Positions 1-11,464 of a stretch of 64,000 nt of DNA are shown one piece after another (the first letter of the stretch is position 1; the number at the start of each line of letters is the position of its first letter). The stretch is from the NCBI GenBank assembly GCA_965227295.1, contig OZ245742.1, positions 4,672,001-4,736,000 of the forward strand. Direction: 5' to 3'. The translations under genes were made by a program, and so were the position numbers. The notes below the pieces were generated by a model. It made no database searches. It saw only the letters and a list, made by a program, of their open reading frames with translations, and was not told where the DNA came from. The DNA comes from Leptonemataceae bacterium (GTDB taxonomy: Bacteria; Spirochaetota; Leptospiria; Leptospirales; Leptonemataceae).

Positions 1-2
1 GC

Positions 3-1814
3 GATGGCCACGGAGCCGTCGTCTTCGACGGAGATGTCCGCACCGGTCTTTTCGATGATCGCACGAATGATCTTGCCGCCGGGGCCGATCAACTCGCCGA
101 TGCGATCCGGATCGATGTGGATCGTCTTAATGCGCGGTGCGTTGGGGTTAATGTCGGCCCGGGCTTCGGCCAGGGCCGCGTTCATTTTACCCAGGATGTG
201 GTTGCGACCGGCCTCGGCCTGGGTCAGAGCCTCGCGCAGAATGTCGATGCTGATGCCCTTGAGTTTGAGGTCGAGCTGGAAGGCGGTGATGCCCTTCTCG
301 GTGCCCGCGACCTTGAAGTCCATGTCGCCGAAGTGGTCTTCAATGCCCGCGATGTCGGAAAGAATCGCGTATTTGCCGTCTTCGCCGGTGAACAGACCCA
401 TCGCAATGCCGGAGACCGGCGCTGAGACGGGCACGCCCGCGGCCATCATACCCAACGAACCGGAGCACACCGTCGCCATCGAGGACGAACCGTTGGACTC
501 CATGATTTCCGACACGATGCGAATGGTGTACGGGAAGGTGTCGTGTTTCGGCAGGACCGCGTTCAGCGCGCGCCAGGCCAGGTTGCCGTGACCGATCTCC
601 CTGCGACCGGGGCCCATCATGCGTTTGACCTCGCCGACGGAGTACGGCGGGAAGTTGTAGTGCAACAGGAAGTTGCGCTCCTTCTGGCCGGCCAGGGTTT
701 CGTAGCGCTGCGCGTCCGAGGCGGTGCCCAGGGTCACGACGCCCAGGGCCTGGGTCTGCCCGCGCGTAAACACCGCCGAGCCGTGGGCGCCGGGCAGGAC
801 GTCCAGCTCCACGGAGATGTCGCGGATTTCGTCGGGCTTGCGGCCGTCGGCACGTTGGTTGTTTTCGAAGATGTTGTTGCGTACGACCTCGTACTCGAGT
901 TCGTGCAACTCGTTCTTGATGTCTTTGATGTGACGTTCGATCTTCTCGACGCCGTCCGCCGTTAACTTAACTTCGAAGTGAGTTACGGTTTCTTTGTATA
1001 CGGCGTCGATGCCGTCGCCCCGGGCTTTTTTGTCGGAGTTCTGGTTGGCGCTTTTCAGTTTCTCGAACGCGAATTCGCGCACGGCTTTCATGAGGTCCGC
1101 GTCCGGCAGGCGCAGGTTGACCTCGCGTTTCTCGACGCCGACGTCTTTGGCCAGGTCGAGCTGCATCTGGAGCTTTTTCTTGATGGCCGCGTGGCCGAAT
1201 TCCAGAGCTGCCAGGATCTCGTCGTTCGTGAACTCCTGGGCGCCGCCTTCGATCATCGTCAGGGCGTCGGCGGAGCCGGCCAGGATCAGTTCGATGTCAC
1301 TTTTCTCGCGCTCTTCGGCGGAGGGATCGGCCACGAAGTTGCCGTCGATACGACCGACGACCACGCCGCCGATAGGGCCGTCGAAGGGAATGTCCGAAAC
1401 CATGAGGGCCGCGGAAGCCGCCGTCAGGGCGTGGCCTTCCACGGAGGTCGTGGGATCGGCGGAGAGCTGGGTTACGAGGAGCTGGACCTCGGAAAAGTAG
1501 CCCTTCGGAAAGAGCGGGCGGATGGGCCGGTCGATGATCCGGGACATAAGCGTCTCGTGATCCGCCGGGCGGTTTTCTCTTTTAAAGTAACCGCCGGGAA
1601 TACGGCCGGCGGCATAGAACTTCTCGCGATAGTCAACGGTCAGGGGAAAGAAGTCCTGACCTTCGCGGGCTTCTTTTTCGGCACAGACGGTTGCGAGCAG
1701 CACCAGGTCTCCGCTGCGATAGACGACGGAGCCGTGGGCTTGCTTCGCCCAGTTACCATTTTCGATGGATACGGTGCGAGATTCGATCTCGACTTCTTGT
1801 TTGTGAACGGGCAT
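3..1814 (-). CDS. pnp: Polyribonucleotide nucleotidyltransferase (PNPase), 3' end runs off the window start
   Basis: Not in the ORF track because it has no stop in the window. Manual minus-strand reading from ATG 1814 (GAGGTGG upstream) gives [10 protein letters not shown]...WAKQAHGSV, and later [12 protein letters not shown], an RNase PH-domain motif. Directly downstream of rpsO. Confidence 0.96.
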   Translation of the reverse strand, partial: MPVHKQEVEIESRTVSIENGNWAKQAHGSVVYRSGDLVLLATVCAEKEAREGQDFFPLTVDYREKFYAAGRIPGGYFKRENRPADHETLMSRIIDRPIRPLFPKGYFSEVQLLVTQLSADPTTSVEGHALTAASAALMVSDIPFDGPIGGVVVGRIDGNFVADPSAEEREKSDIELILAGSADALTMIEGGAQEFTNDEILAALEFGHAAIKKKLQMQLDLAKDVGVEKREVNLRLPDADLMKAVREFAFEKLKSANQNSDKKARGDGIDAVYKETVTHFEVKLTADGVEKIERHIKDIKNELHELEYEVVRNNIFENNQRADGRKPDEIRDISVELDVLPGAHGSAVFTRGQTQALGVVTLGTASDAQRYETLAGQKERNFLLHYNFPPYSVGEVKRMMGPGRREIGHGNLAWRALNAVLPKHDTFPYTIRIVSEIMESNGSSSMATVCSGSLGMMAAGVPVSAPVSGIAMGLFTGEDGKYAILSDIAGIEDHFGDMDFKVAGTEKGITAFQLDLKLKGISIDILREALTQAEAGRNHILGKMNAALAEARADINPNAPRIKTIHIDPDRIGELIGPGGKIIRAIIEKTGADISVEDDGSVAI

Positions 1815-1844
1815 AGACCACCTCGTCGAACAGGGGCGGCCGGA

Positions 1845-2111
1845 TTACTTGCGGATGCCGAGGCGTTGGATCAGATCACGGTATTTGTCGAAGTCTTTTT
1901 TCTTGAGATAGTCAAGCAGTCGACGACGTCTGCCGACGAGCTTGAGCAGTCCACGGCGCGAGTGATGATCTTTCGCGTGGAGTTTAAAGTGCTCCGTGAG
2001 ATCACGGATGCGTGCGGTGAGGAGGGCTACCTGGACCTCGGTGGAACCCGTGTCCTTATCGTGCCTGCGATTGTCCTGAATGATGTCCTTTTTCTGCGCC
2101 TGTTCGATCAT
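1845..2111 (-). CDS. rpsO: 30S ribosomal protein S15
   Basis: [13 protein letters not shown]...[23 protein letters not shown] signature. Confidence 0.98.
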   Translation of the reverse strand: MIEQAQKKDIIQDNRRHDKDTGSTEVQVALLTARIRDLTEHFKLHAKDHHSRRGLLKLVGRRRRLLDYLKKKDFDKYRDLIQRLGIRK

Positions 2112-2203
2112 ACTGATTCAATTCTTCTAAGTTGCGCAATCATTTAGGGGGCGGCTCTTGCGGGAAGTACTTTTTGTACAGGAACGACTGGAAAACTAAA
2201 ATC

Positions 2204-3136
2204 TTACTGATTTACGAAGACCCGGCGAAACTCGTAGCGCCCGCCGCCCATGCTCCGGCACCAGGCCAGGACTTCCCCTCGGTCGTCGCGGAAAAAAAAG
2301 TCCCGCCCCTCCCCCGGCAGGTCTTCCGGTGCCAGAGCTGGACGTCGACCCTGCACAATGTCCGCCGCCACGTCCGGGGGAACCGAAAGAGTGGGCCATT
2401 CCGGAAGGATCTCAAGCGGCGAAACGATCTCCGGCGCGTTCTGATCCGGAACCCACAACCGCGGATCATCCAGGCGATGGGAACCCAGGCCCGTCCGTCG
2501 TAGCGCGGCCAGGTGGAGCGGAAAATCCAGGGCCTCGCTGAGATCCCGGGCAAACGAACGAATGTAGGTCCCGCCGCTGACGGAAAGATCCACGGCCAGT
2601 GTGCCCTCATCTGCATTGATCTTAACATTCTCTACAGAGTAAACGGTTATGTTCCGCGCAGCGGGCATAGTATCGTCACCACAACGGGCCCGATCCGAAA
2701 AGCGACGGCCGTCTTTCTTGAGTGCCGAGTAAAGCGGCGGCGTCTGTTTGTTTTGCCGGCGCCAGGCCCGGACCAGGGCCCCGATCCGGTCCCGCGTCGA
2801 CTCGTCTCCCAAATACTCGCGAACCGTCGCATCATCCTTCTCCGCAAGGACCTTGCCGGTGGGATCGTGGGTGTCCGTGAACGAGCCGAAGCGAAAGACG
2901 GCGGCGTAGCTTTTGTCGGCGTGGAGAAACTGTTCGGCCAGAGACGTCGCGCGTCCCACCGGCAAGAGCATGAGGCCGCTCGCGAAACGATCCAGGGTAC
3001 CGGTGTGGCCGGCGCGAATCCCGCCGAGTTCCCGACGCAACCGACCGACGAGGGCCGCGGACCCCAGGCCCGCCGGTTTATCGGCCAGAACAAAACCGTT
3101 GCGTACGGCGGCTTCAGCTTTCGGAGGTTTCGTCAA
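2204..3136 (-). CDS. truB: tRNA pseudouridine(55) synthase
   Basis: DKPAG, GHTGTLD, PPLYSALK, SGGTYIRS motifs; follows rbfA. Confidence 0.95.
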   Translation of the reverse strand: MTKPPKAEAAVRNGFVLADKPAGLGSAALVGRLRRELGGIRAGHTGTLDRFASGLMLLPVGRATSLAEQFLHADKSYAAVFRFGSFTDTHDPTGKVLAEKDDATVREYLGDESTRDRIGALVRAWRRQNKQTPPLYSALKKDGRRFSDRARCGDDTMPAARNITVYSVENVKINADEGTLAVDLSVSGGTYIRSFARDLSEALDFPLHLAALRRTGLGSHRLDDPRLWVPDQNAPEIVSPLEILPEWPTLSVPPDVAADIVQGRRPALAPEDLPGEGRDFFFRDDRGEVLAWCRSMGGGRYEFRRVFVNQ

Positions 3137-3479
3137 CGCTCTGTTGTTCGATTAAGTTGAGAATGCGATCGCCCTCGGCGATGCTCGTGTCGATTTCGTA
3201 GCGCAGTCGCGGCGTCTGGCGCAGGCGCAGGGCCCGCCCCATCTCACTCTGGAACCAGCCCAGGTTTTCAATGAGTCCCTTCCAGGTATCGCGGTTCTCC
3301 TGATCCTGCGCGCCGAAGAGCGAGACCTTTACTACGGCCGTGGAAAGATCCGCGGCAACGTCCACTCCGGTCACCGAAACAAAGCCGATGCGTTCGTCCT
3401 TAATGCGCCGCTTGATGATGAGATTCGACATCTCGCGGAGCATCGCGGACTCCAGTCGCTTTTTACGCAAAGGTCGCAC
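3114..3479 (-). CDS. rbfA: Ribosome-binding factor A
   Basis: KDERIGFVSVTGV..DLSTA, LRQTPRLRYEID; lies between infB and truB. Confidence 0.95.
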   Translation of the reverse strand: MRPLRKKRLESAMLREMSNLIIKRRIKDERIGFVSVTGVDVAADLSTAVVKVSLFGAQDQENRDTWKGLIENLGWFQSEMGRALRLRQTPRLRYEIDTSIAEGDRILNLIEQQSVDETSES

Positions 3480-3523
3480 GAAAATACCTTAAGCGCGGCG
3501 TTCATGCAACGCCGCGCGTCCGC

Positions 3524-5947
3524 TCAAAGTTTGCGGGCGACCTCTTTGATCTCGAAGGCTTCGATTTCGTCGCCGACCTGAAAGTCGTTGAACCCGTCGA
3601 AAGAAATACCGCACTCGAAACCCTCGGAGACTTCCTGAGCGTCGTCCTTGTGACGTTTGAGCGCCTTGATCTTGCCGGTATGCGTGACCACGCTGTCGCG
3701 GATGATGCGCACGGACTCGTTGCGTTTGATCTTGCCCTGCGTGACCATACAACCGGCGACGTTGCCGACGCGAGAGATCTTGAAGACCTCGCGAATCTCC
3801 GCCCGGCCGATGGTCTCTTCGATGCGATCGGGTTCCAGCATGCCTTCCATGGCATTTTTCACATCTTCGACGACGTCGTAGATAATGCTGTAGTACTTGA
3901 TATCCACCCGCTGTTGTTCGGACAGCTCCAGGGCCCGCGGCGTCGCGCGCACCTGGAAGCCGATGACCAGCGCTTCGGACGCAGCCGCCAGGTTTACATC
4001 GTTTTCGGTAATGGCACCCGTAGCGCCGTGGATCATGCGAACGGAAACGTCTTCCGTGCTCAGCTTCAACAGACCGTCGCGGATCGCCTCCACCGAACCC
4101 TGCACGTCCGCCTTGATGATGACGCGAACTTCTTTGGTATCCTGGGTGTCGAGGTAGTCTTTGAGACGTTTGTCGAGGGACGGGGCCTGACGGGCCACGG
4201 CCTCGGTGATTTGTTTGTAGTGCTGGCGTTTGCCGGCGACCTCGCGGCCGAACTTTTCATCCGTAACCGCGTGGAACGGGTCGCCCGCTTCCGGGACGCC
4301 GTCGATACCGGAAATCTCCACCGGCATGGCCGGCCCGGCTTCTTTCACACGGCGGCCGAGGTCGTCAAACATCGCGCGGACCCGACCCGAGTAGACGCCG
4401 ACCACGTAGGCATCGCCTTCGCGGAGCGTTCCCTTTTGAACGAGTACCGTGGCCACGGGACCTTTGCCCGGGTCGATCTTGGCTTCCACCACACGACCGA
4501 CGGCCTGCACGTCCGCGTTCGCCTTCAGGTCCAACAGCTCTGCCTGCAGTAGAATCATTTCGAGTAAGTGCTCGATGCCGATGTTTTGCTTCGCGGAGAT
4601 TTCGCAGAAGACCGTATCGCCGCCCCAATCTTCCGGGCTGAGACCGTGTTCGGAGAGTTCCTTCTTCACGCGCTCCACGTCCGCCGTTGGCAGGTCCACC
4701 TTGTTGACCGCGACGATGATGGGCACTTTGGCCTCACGCGCGTGGGTGATGGCTTCTTTCGTTTGCTGCTTCACGCCGTCGTCGGCGGCCACGACCAGAA
4801 TGACCAGGTCGGTTACCGCCGCACCGCGCGCCCGCATCGCCGTAAAGGCCTCGTGACCGGGAGTATCGAGGAACGTAATCGCGCCCTGCGGAATCTGCAC
4901 CTGGTAGGCACCGATGTGCTGGGTGATGGCACCGGCCTCGGTATCGATGACGTTCGCGCTGCGAATGGTATCGAGGAGTTTGGTCTTACCGTGGTCGACG
5001 TGACCCATGATGGTGACCACCGGCGGACGCGTGATGCGTTCTTCGACCTTGTCCTCGTCCTCTTTGATGATGGTTTCATCGTAGAGCGAGATGACTTTGA
5101 CCTCGCACTTGTACTCGGCGGCCAGGAGCGTCGCCGTATCCGCGTCGATGGCCTTGTTGATCGTAACCATCTCGCCCATTTTCATGAGCTTGCCGATCAC
5201 CTCGCTGGGCTTGAGGTTCAGCTTACGCGCCAGGTCGCCGACCTGGATGGATTCCATGATTTCGATTTGTTTCGGTACGGAACTCGCGGCCGGAGCCTTC
5301 TTGCTTTGCTGTTGCTTGAAGAACTTCTGATTTTCGCCACGACGATCCCGATCGTGATGGCCGCGGCCTCCGCCGCCGCGATAGCCGCCGCCGGTACGCG
5401 GGCCACCGCCCCCGGGGCCACCGCCTGGACCACCAGGTCCACCCGGTCCACCACCAGTGCGGCCGGCCCCTGCTCCGCCGCCACGTTGGCCGTGGCCACC
5501 CGGGCTACGCCGGGTACTTTCGAGGACTTCGTCGAACGGGGTCGCTCCACCGATGGTCGAGGGTTTGTCACCGCCGGGTCGGCGCTGGCCGCCTCCCCCC
5601 TGACGGGCTGCCGGACGCGCACCGCCGGGGCGCCCACCGCCCTGAGGCGGACGCTGGGCGTCGGGCCGCGGCGGGCCACCGCGGCCTCCGGAGCCGGGGC
5701 CTCCCTGGGAATCTCGGTTTTGTGGGCGCGGACGCGGGCGTGCGGAGCCACCCGAAGGCGCAGGACGCCCTCCCCCGGAGCCCTTTCTGCCACCCGGGGA
5801 TTGTTGATCTTTGCGAAAGTGCTCGGAGATGTCTTTCTTCTGCGGGGCGACCTTTTTCTTGATGACAAGCTTTTTCTTGGCCTTCCCGCCCGAGGAACTC
5901 AGGCGATCCTTAATTTTGCCGCTTTGTTTTTTCTTCTCTTCTGACAC
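3524..5947 (-). CDS. infB: Translation initiation factor IF-2
   Basis: [20 protein letters not shown] GTPase motifs; Gly/Pro/Arg-rich N-terminus. Confidence 0.98.
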   Translation of the reverse strand: MSEEKKKQSGKIKDRLSSSGGKAKKKLVIKKKVAPQKKDISEHFRKDQQSPGGRKGSGGGRPAPSGGSARPRPRPQNRDSQGGPGSGGRGGPPRPDAQRPPQGGGRPGGARPAARQGGGGQRRPGGDKPSTIGGATPFDEVLESTRRSPGGHGQRGGGAGAGRTGGGPGGPGGPGGGPGGGGPRTGGGYRGGGGRGHHDRDRRGENQKFFKQQQSKKAPAASSVPKQIEIMESIQVGDLARKLNLKPSEVIGKLMKMGEMVTINKAIDADTATLLAAEYKCEVKVISLYDETIIKEDEDKVEERITRPPVVTIMGHVDHGKTKLLDTIRSANVIDTEAGAITQHIGAYQVQIPQGAITFLDTPGHEAFTAMRARGAAVTDLVILVVAADDGVKQQTKEAITHAREAKVPIIVAVNKVDLPTADVERVKKELSEHGLSPEDWGGDTVFCEISAKQNIGIEHLLEMILLQAELLDLKANADVQAVGRVVEAKIDPGKGPVATVLVQKGTLREGDAYVVGVYSGRVRAMFDDLGRRVKEAGPAMPVEISGIDGVPEAGDPFHAVTDEKFGREVAGKRQHYKQITEAVARQAPSLDKRLKDYLDTQDTKEVRVIIKADVQGSVEAIRDGLLKLSTEDVSVRMIHGATGAITENDVNLAAASEALVIGFQVRATPRALELSEQQRVDIKYYSIIYDVVEDVKNAMEGMLEPDRIEETIGRAEIREVFKISRVGNVAGCMVTQGKIKRNESVRIIRDSVVTHTGKIKALKRHKDDAQEVSEGFECGISFDGFNDFQVGDEIEAFEIKEVARKL

Positions 5948-6008
5948 GTTTTTACAGGTATAGGCAACGTTTCGAGCGTTGCACAGAGGAACAAGGAGAA
6001 ACCGGAGC

Positions 6009-7397
6009 TTAAATCTCTTCGAACTCCACCGACTCCGCCAGGATCTTCAGGATCTGCTTCGCCGTGGTTTTTCCGACCCCGGGAACTGCTTCCAGGGCCT
6101 CCGCTTCCATCTCAATGAGCTCCTCAACGGACTGGATTCCCGCCTCTTCGAGCAAACCGGCCACCCGGGAGGTAAGCCCGGGCAGATCGCTGAGCGGCGT
6201 GTAGTCCAGTTCCTCGCCCTCCGGTTCCGGAGGATTGAACAGAGCTTCCAGCTGGGCGCGTGCTTCCGGCGAAGACATTTCCTCGCTGAACTGGGTCTGT
6301 GACTTCACCAGCAGACGATGTTCCGTGAGCTGCGAAGCCAGGCGCACGTTCTGACCGTTGTTCCCGATGGCCAGGCTGTAGGAATCGTCCGGCACAATGA
6401 CCAGGGCTTCCTCGGACCGCGGTTCCACCCGCACTTCCAGAACCCGGGCCGGCGACAGGGCATTGGCAATCAGTTCCTCGGCGTCGGCCGAGTAATTGAC
6501 GATGTCAATGCGTTCGTTTCCCAATTCGCGGACAATCGACTGAATCCGCACGCCTTTGATGCCGACGCAGGCACCCACGGGGTCCACGTCCTGGCGGTTC
6601 GAGCGCACCATGATCTTCGTACGATAGCCCGGCTGCCGGGCGATGGCCAGAATCTCTACGACTCCGTCGTAAATTTCGGGAATTTCCAGTTCAAAGAGCT
6701 TGCGCACGAACTCCGGCGCCGCCCGGGACAGCGTGATGAACGGGCCCGGCTCCCGGGACTTCTCCCGACGCAGCTCCACGGACTTGATGATCGCCTTCAC
6801 GCGATCCCCGGAGCGAAAGCGCTCGCCCGGGATCTGCTCCCGGCGGGGCAGGATTCCCTCGGCGCGACCCAGGTCCACGTACATCATGTCGCGGTCCCGC
6901 CAGCGCAGAAAGAAACCGTTGATGATCTCGCCCTCTTTCTTCACAAACTCGTTATAGATGATTTCACGTTCGAGTTCTTTCAGTCTTTGCATCAAGATCT
7001 GCCGGACGTTCGTGGCTCCGATGCGACTGAAGCCGAACGGGTCCTCGCGCAGTTCGAAGATTTCGCCGACTTCGAGCTCGGGTTCGGGCAGGCCGTGGTC
7101 GGCAGCCTCTTTCTTCGCTTCGGCGAGTGTGACCTCCATCGCCGGGTCTTCCACGTTCTCGACGATCTTCCGCCGGAAGATGACCGCGATTTCGGGCTTC
7201 TCGCTGTCCAGGATCACGTCCAGATCGGCTTCCTGGCCGTACTTCTTTTGATACGCAGTAAGGAAGCTGCTCGAAACGACTTCGATCACTTCGTCGCGTG
7301 CGAGTCCCTTCTCCTTCGAGATGTCTTCGAGGTACTCGAAGAACGCCCGGAGATCCGGTCCGACATCTTTCTTTTGCTTCGATTTAGCCCTGGCCAT
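6009..7397 (-). CDS. nusA: Transcription termination/antitermination factor NusA
   Basis: S1/KH motifs ([21 protein letters not shown]) and C-terminal HhH. Start moved to ATG 7397 (MARAK), just after the rimP stop. Confidence 0.96.
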   Translation of the reverse strand: MARAKSKQKKDVGPDLRAFFEYLEDISKEKGLARDEVIEVVSSSFLTAYQKKYGQEADLDVILDSEKPEIAVIFRRKIVENVEDPAMEVTLAEAKKEAADHGLPEPELEVGEIFELREDPFGFSRIGATNVRQILMQRLKELEREIIYNEFVKKEGEIINGFFLRWRDRDMMYVDLGRAEGILPRREQIPGERFRSGDRVKAIIKSVELRREKSREPGPFITLSRAAPEFVRKLFELEIPEIYDGVVEILAIARQPGYRTKIMVRSNRQDVDPVGACVGIKGVRIQSIVRELGNERIDIVNYSADAEELIANALSPARVLEVRVEPRSEEALVIVPDDSYSLAIGNNGQNVRLASQLTEHRLLVKSQTQFSEEMSSPEARAQLEALFNPPEPEGEELDYTPLSDLPGLTSRVAGLLEEAGIQSVEELIEMEAEALEAVPGVGKTTAKQILKILAESVEFEEI

Positions 7398-7416
7398 AAC
7401 TGTGCAAATCCTGATT

Positions 7417-8058
7417 CTAAAAATCCAGGTATAGATTCGCCTGCGCGAGTTCTCCTCGCCCGACAACGAATCTTACTTCTTCGGCACCCCGCTTGCTCTT
7501 TTTGAGCGAGCGTCCACTGCGCCGACCTTCCCGGCGCCGCACCCGCGACGTGGACGGAACGTACTCCCGAAAGACGTAGCGCTCTTCGTCCGCCGACTCT
7601 TCCCGGCTTTCGAAAACGCCCAGTCGAACTTCGACCGTGGTCGAATCCGTTTCGGTGGCGTTTCCCCCCACCGAACGACGCAGCCGCAACTTCAACGGCT
7701 GGCCGCGGAATCGCTCCAGTTCTTCCGGCAACCGCAGCTCTCGTTCCGCACCGGCGGAGGACACTTCCAGGCTGTAGTTGTCGATCGTCAGCCCGGCCGG
7801 TAGAACGTCTATCCAGCGATCCTCGCCGGACTCATGCTCCCGTTCCTCCACGGTGCGATCCAGCCTGTCAGTCAAACGACGGCTGAAGTCTTCGCAATCA
7901 TCGAGAGTTACCGCCCCGACCGGATCTTCCAATCCGTCGAGGACTACCTCGAAGTGATATCCATCCGCCGCCGTCAGCAATCGCGCTCCGTAGATGCCTA
8001 CTCCCGGGGGCGCAACTTCCTGCATGAAATCTATGAGATCCAGGCTCAGTCGTTCCAC
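7417..8058 (-). CDS. rimP: Ribosome maturation factor RimP (start uncertain; ORF open to 8118)
   Basis: VTLDDCE..SR, YSLEVSSAGAEREL motifs; first gene before nusA. Confidence 0.88.
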   Translation of the reverse strand: MERLSLDLIDFMQEVAPPGVGIYGARLLTAADGYHFEVVLDGLEDPVGAVTLDDCEDFSRRLTDRLDRTVEEREHESGEDRWIDVLPAGLTIDNYSLEVSSAGAERELRLPEELERFRGQPLKLRLRRSVGGNATETDSTTVEVRLGVFESREESADEERYVFREYVPSTSRVRRREGRRSGRSLKKSKRGAEEVRFVVGRGELAQANLYLDF

Positions 8059-8195
8059 CCGCCGCACTTTTTCAGAGTATAAAAAAAGGAGGGGTTTACA
8101 CCTCTCCCTGAATAGCATAAAATTAGAAGAGAGTCACACTGTCAAGTAGATTCAAATAGAGTTGACCCCACGTCGTTTCCACAGACGTTTCTCCT

Positions 8196-9347
8196 GTGCT
8201 TCGCCCGTACTCCTTCCGAACCGCGCTCATCTGTGTTGGTATAATCGGGTGCAGTCTCTGGCATTGTGCCCGCTTTCGCATTGAAGAGCTCCAACCGGAA
8301 GCCGTGTTTTCCTTTCCGGTGACCAGGGCTGATGCCGAGAACCCCCGGAATCGTCTCCAGCTCATGGAAAACGGGCGAGTGCCGTACAATCTTCCCCTGC
8401 GCCCGGCCTTCGATGGCTCCCGCGCCTACCTGGCGGACCCGGCCCGGCGAATGATCCGGGTCTACTTTACCGGGAACGAGAATCCCGACAGCCTCCTGGT
8501 TCCGCCGGGCACAACCATCGCCGATGAAGACCTGGAAACGGTCACCGTCCGCGGCCTGGGCATCCCGGGCTGGACCGCGGCCACGGCGGATCATCTCTAC
8601 GTGCAGTCATTTGCGGCGGTAAGCGAATCGCCGCCCACTCCGGATCAAACCGTAGAAAACCGCCCGTCCAACGAGCGCTCCATCCTGCGCCGCTCCGCGT
8701 CCCGCATCCTCCACCTGGACCCGGACAATGACTTCGCCGTGCTCGGCATCCTGGGCGTTGACGGGTACAACAGCGAGGCCTTCCCCGCGATTGACCGCCT
8801 GACCGCCGACGACAACGGACTGCTGTACGTGTTGTACCGCGACGCGGAGAACTCCCCGGTCCTCGCCATCTTTCAGGACGGCCGACGCATCGGCAGCTAC
8901 GCCCCCCCCGCGGATTTCCCGGGCGAAGAAGATGCCCGGCGCTACCACGCCGTCTGGGAAGACATCGCGCCGGGCCAGGGCGGCGACTTCGCGCTCTACA
9001 GCCTGGCCCTGCGTCGCAAGGGCAACTACGATCTCGTGCAGCGGATCATTTTGCGCAGGGCGGCGGGGGAAGACAGCCGCACGGTAGAGTTGCTGCGCTC
9101 GGACGATCCGGCGGACTACTTCATGTGGTCCCGCAACGACGGCGGCTTTTATCTGCGCAACAGTGAAGAAGACGGCTCGCGCATGCTCTTTAAGATCTTC
9201 AGCCCCGACGGCGAATACCTCAACAACAGGCTCATTGTGTTGCCTGGCCTCCGCGCTTCCTGGCGGGATACCTATCTCGACATCGACGAACGCATCTTCA
9301 GCTCGCGCCTCTATCTGGGCCGCTTCGAGTTGTACGAATGGAAGTAG
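8196..9347 (+). CDS. Exported/lipoprotein-like hypothetical protein, probable beta-propeller
   Basis: N-terminal hydrophobic stretch with Cys; NHL-like strands (YLADP..RMIRVY, LTADDNGLLYVL); overlaps the start of nnr. Confidence 0.6.
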   Translation: MLRPYSFRTALICVGIIGCSLWHCARFRIEELQPEAVFSFPVTRADAENPRNRLQLMENGRVPYNLPLRPAFDGSRAYLADPARRMIRVYFTGNENPDSLLVPPGTTIADEDLETVTVRGLGIPGWTAATADHLYVQSFAAVSESPPTPDQTVENRPSNERSILRRSASRILHLDPDNDFAVLGILGVDGYNSEAFPAIDRLTADDNGLLYVLYRDAENSPVLAIFQDGRRIGSYAPPADFPGEEDARRYHAVWEDIAPGQGGDFALYSLALRRKGNYDLVQRIILRRAAGEDSRTVELLRSDDPADYFMWSRNDGGFYLRNSEEDGSRMLFKIFSPDGEYLNNRLIVLPGLRASWRDTYLDIDERIFSSRLYLGRFELYEWK

Positions 9348-10951
9348 GACTCCCGCCCGCGTTGTTTTCGTACGCGGAGTGCAGCGCTCTGGACGCAGCG
9401 AGTATCCGCGCGGGATTTTCGGAATTACAGCTGATGGGCCAGGCGGCCCTGGCGTCGCTCTACGCCCTGGAAACCGCGGGAGTGCTCGCACGATACCGGC
9501 GCCTCTTGATTCTGTGCGGCCCCGGCAACAACGGCGGCGACGGCTACGCCCTGGCATATCACCTGGAAAGCCGCGCGGCCCTCTTTGCCGACGGAGGTCC
9601 GGAGCTGCGGCTCTTTCGTTCAGTGGAGCCGAAGTCGGCAACGGCTAAGTTTTACGCGGAGAAAGTTAACGCGCCGGTCGCATCGTGCGAGGAGTTCCTG
9701 GCTTTGTGCGCCGGCGACGGAGTACGAGCCGACGACTGCCTCATCGACGCCCTGCTCGGTACCGGCCAGAGCGGTGCGCCCCGGGGCATCATCAGCGGAG
9801 TGATCGGTGCCGTGCGCCGGCTGCGCGCCGACGTCGACGGCGTCGGCTGGATCAGTCTGGATCTACCCACGGGCCTGCGCGAAAACGAGACGGCGCGCTT
9901 CGCACCGCCGCGGCAGGACGGCGAAGATTCCGAAGTCCTGCCCGCCCCGGACGAAGTGCATTGCTACGGCGTCGAGAAACTGGCGCTGCACTGGAACGCG
10001 TCTCTGGTGGCCTTCACGAACATTCGCACGTTGCCGATGGGCTTTCTCCCGGATGAGATGCAAACGTCTTCGCAAGCGATTCGTCGGCTGGAGTTTCGTG
10101 AGGACCTGCGCGCGTTCTTTCGCAAGAACGATCTGGATCATAAGTACGGGGCCGGGCACGGCCTCTTGATCGGCGGCTCCGAAGGCATGGAAGGCGCGTT
10201 GATCATGGCGGCGCGCTCGTTCTTCGCGGGCGGCGGCGGCATTCTGCACGCCCTCGTTCCCTCCGCAAACTCCCGGGCCTTTCTGACACAGGCGCTGCCG
10301 AACGTCATGTTCCACGACTTCGCGAGCGGGCTGCCGCAAGAACTGCGACCGCGCTCCATTGTCGCCGGGCCGGGGCTCGCCGAAAAGGATCTCGCAGCGG
10401 CCGGGCAATTGCTAACTTCTTTTCTTCAGGACTTAGACGGGAACCCGGGAGACGGCGGTCTCGTCCTCGACGCCGGCGCAACGACGTTGATCCGGAATTT
10501 ACCCGATGCCTGGCGCCGACGCACGATTCTTACACCTCACGCCGGAGAATGGCGCAAACTGGGCGGCCCGGGACTCGGCATGCCGGCCGCCCTAATCGAC
10601 AGCGATGATCAGTTAGAGACATTCATGCAATCCGAACTGCGCTGTACCGTCCTGGTGAAGGACAGCGCATCGGTCTTACTCACTCCCGAAAACGCACACA
10701 CCCGCGCCTGGGTCTGGAACCGCCCGGCCGGCGACCTGGCCACGGCCGGCAGCGGCGATTGCCTCGCGGGATTACTCGGCGCGGTTTTCGCTCGCCGGGG
10801 TCGCACGCTGACGATGGAACGCGCGAGCGCCGCGGCCCTCGCGTTGCTCTACGCCGCCGGAGAACGCGGGACGCATCCGCGCGGGGATGAATTGCCGGAG
10901 CTGATGTGTGCCGTGCTCGGAACCGAAAGCGCGGCCGACGAGGAGCGATAG
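9338..10951 (+). CDS. nnr: Bifunctional NAD(P)H-hydrate epimerase/dehydratase
   Basis: CGPGNNGGDG, DALLGTG, HKYGAGHGLLIGGS, TPHAGE, ATAGSGD. Confidence 0.93.
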   Translation: MEVGLPPALFSYAECSALDAASIRAGFSELQLMGQAALASLYALETAGVLARYRRLLILCGPGNNGGDGYALAYHLESRAALFADGGPELRLFRSVEPKSATAKFYAEKVNAPVASCEEFLALCAGDGVRADDCLIDALLGTGQSGAPRGIISGVIGAVRRLRADVDGVGWISLDLPTGLRENETARFAPPRQDGEDSEVLPAPDEVHCYGVEKLALHWNASLVAFTNIRTLPMGFLPDEMQTSSQAIRRLEFREDLRAFFRKNDLDHKYGAGHGLLIGGSEGMEGALIMAARSFFAGGGGILHALVPSANSRAFLTQALPNVMFHDFASGLPQELRPRSIVAGPGLAEKDLAAAGQLLTSFLQDLDGNPGDGGLVLDAGATTLIRNLPDAWRRRTILTPHAGEWRKLGGPGLGMPAALIDSDDQLETFMQSELRCTVLVKDSASVLLTPENAHTRAWVWNRPAGDLATAGSGDCLAGLLGAVFARRGRTLTMERASAAALALLYAAGERGTHPRGDELPELMCAVLGTESAADEER

Positions 10952-10954
10952 AGC

Positions 10955-11464
10955 ATGAAGTACCATTACAAATCTCCGGGCGAACTCCAGGATCAGCTTT
11001 CCCGGGAACGTGAGAAAAACAGCAAACGCAATCGCACGAACTGGATTCTCTTCGCGGATCTGGCGGTGATCGTCTTGATCTTTACCGGCGTCTACTACTC
11101 CGGCATTCTTACGCCGAAGCAATTCTACTCGGAAAGCGGTCTTCGGCGCGGACCGTTTTTATTTTCGGCCACCGTGCAACTGCGCGACGGCGGAGAAGCG
11201 GCCATCTATCTGAACGTAAAAAACGATTCCGCGAAGGACGCGGCCTTTCCTCCCGCGGATTGGTCGGAGGCGCGCATCGAAATGCGGATTCCGCCGAACG
11301 AAACCATGACCGCCGCGATTCCCACGGAAGCCGTTCCGGCGATTCGCCCGGGAGAGACGCGCATCTTTCGCACGGTGCTGCCGCCGCTGCCGGGAGAGTT
11401 TCGCCGGGAACACGGTCGTGTGATCTTAGAGTTCAGCGAAGAAAACTTAATCCTGGAGCTATGA
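10955..11464 (+). CDS. Single-pass membrane hypothetical protein with Ig-like C-terminal region
   Basis: One TM helix; 3 nt after the nnr stop. Confidence 0.6.
   Translation: MKYHYKSPGELQDQLSREREKNSKRNRTNWILFADLAVIVLIFTGVYYSGILTPKQFYSESGLRRGPFLFSATVQLRDGGEAAIYLNVKNDSAKDAAFPPADWSEARIEMRIPPNETMTAAIPTEAVPAIRPGETRIFRTVLPPLPGEFRREHGRVILEFSEENLILEL

Noticed and set aside
5340..5800. Gly/Pro/Arg low-complexity repeats in infB
   Set aside because: A normal feature of IF-2 N-terminal regions.
4..7505. Long plus-strand ORFs opposite pnp/infB/nusA, and similar antisense ORFs opposite gyrB, icmF, pheT and the cyclase
   Set aside because: Typical antisense open frames of GC-rich coding DNA, with no motifs of their own.
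8111..8146. TTGACA hexamers upstream of rimP, icmF (25996), pheS (51856) and dksA (56643) as sigma-70 promoters
   Set aside because: Plausible -35 boxes, but the best -10 matches are at about 20-21 nt or absent, so I could not call them with confidence.
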